DNA of 64,000 nucleotides from Tubiluchus corallicola (lineage: Eukaryota > Animalia > Priapulida): NCBI GenBank assembly GCA_030141605.1, contig JAQGDQ010000134.1:124001-188000 (forward strand), given 5' to 3'. Shown here piece by piece: positions 59,901 through 64,000 of this stretch. A program made the translations under genes and the position numbers. The notes below the pieces were generated by a model. That model had not been told where the DNA came from. It made no database searches and saw nothing but the letters and a program-made list of their open reading frames with translations. The first letter of the stretch is position 1. Every line of letters starts with the position of its first letter.

Positions 59901-62900
59901 AAATATAAAAAACTAAACTGAACTTGTCACTTTTGATGTACAATTGAACACTGCAATAGAATTGAAACTGAACTTGACGCTTTCGGTATGCAGCTGAACA
60001 CTGCAGTCTGGCATAATGTGTTTAAACTCTTGATGCGAATTTTGTCTTACACAGTCATGTGATTACGCGAGGAATATTTTGGTCAAAATAAAAGCCATTA
60101 TAATTGATTTGTATTTCATCCTGATGGTTTGCATCTTTTTCAAGTTTTCAAACATTTTTATCCGACGTGGCTCTTGGTTAGAATTATGATTGGATTAATT
60201 TCATACAACCTTTAGCACGTAATTATCTACTGAATCATGTGTTCACCTCTTTATGCCAGACCTCCTCATTTCCTACAGCGGTCCAAGTGCTTCTATATCT
60301 AAGCATCAGGCTTGAAGTGATTAAATCTTTCTCTGCAAAATGCGATAAAATGTGTGAGCATAGTTTGTCAACTGGAAATTAAGGGAAAAGCCGTGCCTTC
60401 TAAGCAATTAGGCTTATTTCATCGTTCGCAAAAATATGAAAAACTTCAGCAGCAAAAGCACCTTGTGTAATTAGTAAAGTTACTTTGAAATTCCCAATCG
60501 TTTTACGTTTGGGCGCTCATGTTTAAAGTAAGTGACAGACTATTTCTTCTCAAAGATATAATAAGTTTTTACAAAAAAATATGTAGCTAATTTTGTGATA
60601 TTTCATTGTAACCACTAGGTGAGTTACAGAAACTTTTAAGTGGTGTGCTTGCAAAAAGCCAGAAAACCGCCAGTTATGTCACTATTTTCAAATGAATGGC
60701 AGCTACCATCTCACCTGAAAATTTCTATTCCACCGCAATCCCCGGTACAATAAACTAGTTCTGCCCTTATAGACAGTTTTTTGTAATTTTTTGTTACATA
60801 CTTACGCTATAGTGGTAGCAATAAAATAAACCCAACATTCTTAAAAACTTGTCCTTTCCTTTAATTGTGCATCATTCTGGAATTAATCTATCATATACAA
60901 TACCCCACGCAATTTAAATATCCTAGCCCCAACCCTAACCCCTAACCCTAATCCTAATCCTAACTCTATACCTAACCCTAACCTAACCCTAATGCTAATC
61001 TTAACTCTATACCTAACCCTAACCTAACCCTAATGCTAATCTTAACTCTAATCCTAATCTGCTTCACGAACTTATTTCTTTTGTGTGGGAAATTGTAAAA
61101 TTTAGCTTAATATTGTTTCAGATTGTGTTATGGAATGGAGTAACAGTGGTGACGTGCTGGCAGTGGGAGGCATGGTTAATGCCGGAACAGCCGATGCGAA
61201 AAATGTGCTCAAATTTTACACGGATGCAGGCCACTTGCGATATAGTGCACCAATTCCTGACTGTCAGGTAGTCTATTTAGTGTTTCTTAAAATCAGTGCA
61301 TATTCTAGTGTTATCTTAAAATTACATAGAATGTAGCGTATTTATATAGTCTTCTGTCTTCTACAATCTTATACAATTTACTCAGATTATTTTTAAACTT
61401 GTCTAGAGTTTGAATTTGTGTTTGTCTTGACTTGTCCAACAAGTTATAACTTTGCTTTGAAAATTACAACTTTCATGGCCGTCCATCAAAAACAAGTTCT
61501 TCTGTTTGCGCAAAACATTCTCAAATACTTTCAAGGTGATTGCATTTTAATAACTTTTGCAATTTACCTGAACTGATTCTCGGTGTCACGAATAATTGAC
61601 TGTGTATGTTAGGCCACTACTTGAATATTGTACGCCAGTTTGATCACCTCACTATATGCAGGACTTTGGTGCTAGGAGGTCAGTTAAGGCAATATTTTAC
61701 GTGCAGATTATTTATCCATTGTGAACTTCCTATTTTTAACACCTTGGGCAGGTTGCGTATGTTAGATTTACCACTTGAAGTCAGACGAATAATTTTTAAT
61801 CTTAAGATGGTTTATAAAATATGCCATAAATTAGTAGATTTGTCATTTGGTGATTTCTTTTGTTATGCTCTTAACCACAGTTACAAATTATTCAAACATT
61901 ATTCTAGATTAAGTGTATAGAAACATTCGTTTGCAAATAGAGTAGTCCCTATCGGGGATGATCTTAATTATGATGCAGTTCTTGCATCAAACATCGTCTG
62001 TTTGAGCACCAGACTAGCGAACTGCAACTTTTTAAGCTATTTTAATCTATGTAAACTATTCTTTTCTTTGTTGTAGGCTATCTCCATTTAAGTTTTTTCG
62101 CTTAATGATTAAATTTTTACTGCACATGTATTTGTTTTATAACTACGAGTGTAAATTATTTCATATTGTATTTCGTGGCCAGTATAAGTGCTTCAGGTTT
62201 GCTGCCATTTTCTTTTATGGAAATGTGTTTTTATAAACGTTCTTCAAGAAAAATAAAAAATAAAATTACCAATGCCAAGATTTTCATTTATAATTCCAGT
62301 TCATTGTAACTTGTGCCATCTTGTAGCTGCCACATTTCACTTTACACTTTCTGGCAGAAGAAGAAAATGTCCTTGGGGTGCTTTTATAAATAAATTATGT
62401 TGATTATTGAACTGTGCTGCTTCTTTCGCTCGTCATTTGCGCGTCCTTCGGATGAATGAGCTAGGCAATTCTTGATTATTTTGTCCATTTCTAAAATGTG
62501 CAGAAGTGAATTAAATTTGTATGCGGCCTGTGAATTTTTTGAATCATTTGCCAATGAAATGCTGAATCATGAATTTCTACTTGCGTCCAGTTACCAATGA
62601 TGGTTTCTACTATAAGTTTCTAAGCTAATTACGAAACATTACCTCGTGATTAAACACACATAAAATGTTTCCTTATAAAAATACACATAAAAAAACTACA
62701 TTTTCTAAAGATATTTTTCAAGTCACCTGTTTAGCTTGTTACAAAACAAATTAAAGTAATGTTTTGTTTGCTAAAGTTGGTATTTTGTATCCCGCTTCTG
62801 TTTTCTGACAAGGTGCAATGGCCAAGTGGTATAGCATTTCTAAGGCACCCAACCATGGGTTCTGGGTTGAATCCACACATAGGGATTTTGTGCCATTTGC

Positions 62901-63536
62901 CATTCAAATATAGAATTCTCTGGCTGCTTTCTTAGGTCTTCTCAGCCTTATCTGAATACCTGGTTATAGCTTGTGAACAGAGCTGGATAAGAGAAATACA
63001 CTACAGAGAACGCCACTATCGACTGACAGGGATCCACAGTAGTCTTTCCCTTTTTATAAGCCCAGGTGTGCACGTGACTGATGGTTAACTGCTGCAAGTT
63101 CAGAGTTTGAATCTGTTCTAAAGGTACACTCACATGCACACCTGAGAGGTTCACTGTATTCCCTTGCCAACATTAAATTTTATAAATTTAACTTTAATTT
63201 TTCAATTTAATTTCAAGTTTATTTATTTAATTTTAATTTAATTCTTAGCCTAATCCAGCCATGAGTACAATGTTTTAGCCTGCATTTATGCTGAAAGATA
63301 TTATATTTTAGCGGCAAGTGTCGGCATTGACATGGGGACACAATGACAAGCGGCTATTTATTGCGACCGGCTGCATCATCCACACCGCTTGGGTGACAAG
63401 GAAGGTCAGCTCGCTGCAGCTTCTCAGCAAGGTTGCCATTAGGAGGGCAATTCAGGAAGAGGGAAATGTTCAGCGGCTTCCTCTTCCTCCTCGGCTGAGG
63501 CAGCTTGTCGGAAATCTCTTTTCTACTACTATTAAG
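29564..63536 (+). CDS. TULP4: Tubby-related protein 4 (TULP4/Tusp), 5' part: WD40 repeats and SOCS box; continues beyond the window
   Basis: Exons 29564-29824, 39517-39645, 40212-40373, 45924-46110, 53131-53244, 61122-61267 and 63312-63536 join in frame (phases 0,0,0,1,1,0) to 408 aa. Diagnostic segments: LSWMGKVPD, YYQEGWLA, NFNLRGHRSEV, KWNEPYQKLATCD, WSHDG, LTWGHNDKRLF, and SOCS box VSSLQLLS...LPLPPRL. Confidence 0.95.
32056..32142 (-). pseudogene. Degenerate 5S rRNA-derived fragment (pseudogene or SINE head)
   Basis: caacactgtggtaattcccatgtggt...actaaaccagg...cagatgag resembles the reverse complement of eukaryotic 5S rRNA (CAGCACCCGGTATTCCCAGGCGGT...ACTAACCAGG...CAGACGAG) with indels. 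Confidence 0.35.
33081..33162. repeat. (CA)n/(TA)n microsatellite
   Basis: Direct reading. Confidence 0.92.
33724..33771. repeat. 23-bp direct duplication (caccagggcttcacaaatcctgg x2)
   Basis: Two identical adjacent units; CAGGGCTTCACAAAT resembles a hAT terminus. Confidence 0.85.
33854..34388 (-). mobile_element. Kolobok-like TTAA MITE, copy 2 (inverted)
   Basis: ttaaacgaaaggtcaa ... catgctaagtgacttgtcctttc; reverse-complement homolog of copies 1 and 3. Confidence 0.8.
38821..39008. repeat. (TG)n/(TGCG)n plus (CT)n compound microsatellite
   Basis: Direct reading. Confidence 0.95.
39517..39645 (+). CDS. TULP4: TULP4 coding exon 2
   Basis: Encodes VILVKWNEPYQKLATCD...ELINDRNVQ; bounded by ctgtag and gtaatc. 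Confidence 0.95.
40212..40373 (+). CDS. TULP4: TULP4 coding exon 3
   Basis: Encodes [35 protein letters not shown]...WTPDDQQ; bounded by ttggcag and gtgaat. Missed by the ORF track. Confidence 0.95.
42987..43973. mobile_element. Possible degenerate hAT-like non-autonomous element
   Basis: Imperfect TIRs cgggccctgaaatt / aattccaggccccg; no TSD recognisable. Confidence 0.35.
45924..46110 (+). CDS. TULP4: TULP4 coding exon 4
   Basis: Encodes VYFGTSDGQLIVMDINGAMV...MAWSCEKFKM; bounded by ctgtag and gtaatg. Confidence 0.93.
46223..47038. mobile_element. hAT-type MITE
   Basis: TIRs catgggtgccggcag / ctggaggcacccatg; partial 8-bp TSD tacatgtt / cgaatgtt; internal gggggagcttacagcgct motif common in invertebrate MITEs. 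Confidence 0.75.
47745..47870. repeat. Four imperfect ~29-bp repeats (core gacagtccagactggac)
   Basis: gacagtccagactggac / gacagttcagacttgac / gacattctagactcgac / aacagtcccgactagat separated by 11-14 nt variable linkers. Confidence 0.65.
53131..53244 (+). CDS. TULP4: TULP4 coding exon 5
   Basis: Encodes VLAVCFKNGNIHMVRSYDDISPNVINT; bounded by tcgcag and gtatgc; phase 1-1. Missed by the ORF track. Confidence 0.92.
53573..54101 (+). mobile_element. Kolobok-like TTAA MITE, copy 3
   Basis: ttaaaggaaaagacaagccacttagc ... aacttcccagaaggcttgacttttc; colinear with copy 1. Confidence 0.8.
57434..57497. repeat. (TGTC/TGCC)n tetranucleotide repeat
   Basis: Direct reading. Confidence 0.85.
60379..60864 (-). 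mobile_element. Kolobok-like TTAA MITE, copy 4 (inverted, TTAA at both ends)
   Basis: TTAAgggaaaag ... cttgtcctttcctTTAA; reverse-complement homolog of copies 1 and 3. Confidence 0.78.
60922..61060. repeat. Degenerate telomere-like (CCCTAA/CCTAA)n tract including a 41-bp tandem duplication
   Basis: ccctaa/cctaat/ctctaa units; 60961-61001 is identical to 61002-61042. Confidence 0.9.
61122..61267 (+). CDS. TULP4: TULP4 coding exon 6
   Basis: Encodes MEWSNSGDVLAVGG...NVLKFYTDAGHL; bounded by tttcag and gtagtc. Confidence 0.93.
61700..62265 (+). mobile_element. Decayed CR1-like LINE 3' end
   Basis: RLRMLDLPLEVRRIIFNLKMVYKICHKLVDL...HSYKLFK...HSFANRVV, then an AT-rich 3' UTR and an aataaaaaataaaa tail. 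Confidence 0.8.
62812..63245 (+). mobile_element. tRNA-derived SINE
   Basis: A-box TGGCCAAGTGGT (62819) and B-box-like GGTTGAATCC (62865), then a body and a (TTTAAH)n-like tail; no intact cloverleaf. Confidence 0.6.
63312..63536 (+). CDS. TULP4: TULP4 coding exon 7 (last WD40 repeat and SOCS box)
   Basis: Encodes VSALTWGHNDKRLFIATG...VSSLQLLS...LPLPPRLRQLV...STTIK; bounded by ttttag and gtactg. Confidence 0.94.
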
Positions 63537-64000
63537 GTACTGTAATTATTTTTGGTATTACTGTATGCTGGAACTGATGTCGAGGGTTAAAATGTTGTTA
63601 CTGCACGGCAGTCATTAACATTTACATCAATATAATTTGGCCAGCATTGTTTCAATACTGTAATACATTCATTATTAATTATAACATTAAAAATCTTCAT
63701 TCAGAATTATACAACAAGCCTTCTATTTGCAGGGAACATAAGTACAAAGATCTTGAATAAATTTTTACATTATGTACATTACATAATTTTTTACATTAAA
63801 TTCTTCACAGTAACATTGATTCCGAAACATGCTAGCAATTCTGTATTAGGATTTTACTATTTCCAGTTACATATCCTGCATTTGCATATAATGTTTATAC
63901 ATGTTATATTCTATATACAAGTAGTATATATATTGTATCTTTTACATATATAAAGAATGTTGTGCTGTTATTATTCATACGTAAACAGATTGCTAATATA

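Noticed and set aside
62812-62885. Functional tRNA gene
   Set aside because: A/B boxes are present but there is no consistent cloverleaf or acceptor stem; better explained as a SINE head.
1-64000. A novel multi-gene or prokaryote-type system (operon, defence island, horizontally acquired cluster)
   Set aside because: All credible coding sequence belongs to three known spliced metazoan genes or decayed transposons; the remaining ORFs are short and lack motifs.

Overview
Eukaryotic, AT-rich, intron-rich animal genomic DNA, probably a protostome invertebrate judging by the Tusp-type TULP4 N-terminus; it is not prokaryotic. Three spliced genes could be reconstructed with consistent GT-AG sites and codon phases. 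(1) A complete Ror receptor tyrosine kinase on + (8 coding exons, 2777-12491, 742 aa): signal peptide, Frizzled-like CRD, kringle, TM, kinase and an S/T- and P-rich tail, with no Ig domain visible. (2) A complete cytosolic Cu/Zn superoxide dismutase on - (5 coding exons, 24816-16975, 151 aa), convergent with Ror. (3) The 5' part of TULP4/Tusp on + (7 coding exons from 29564, WD40 repeats plus SOCS box), divergent from SOD1 and running off the window. Introns and spacers hold many non-autonomous DNA transposons (hAT-, Tc1/mariner-, piggyBac- and Kolobok-like MITEs, most with readable TIRs/TSDs), decayed LINE fragments, a tRNA-derived SINE, a foldback element, microsatellites and a telomere-like tract. 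I see no evidence of a wholly new multi-gene system. The best leads are the Ig-less but catalytically intact Ror with a PDZ-type tail, inverted MITE pairs bracketing TULP4 exons, an overlapping uORF on TULP4, and an MRE cluster plus an ATG-only mini-exon at SOD1. All alignments and identities were judged by eye.
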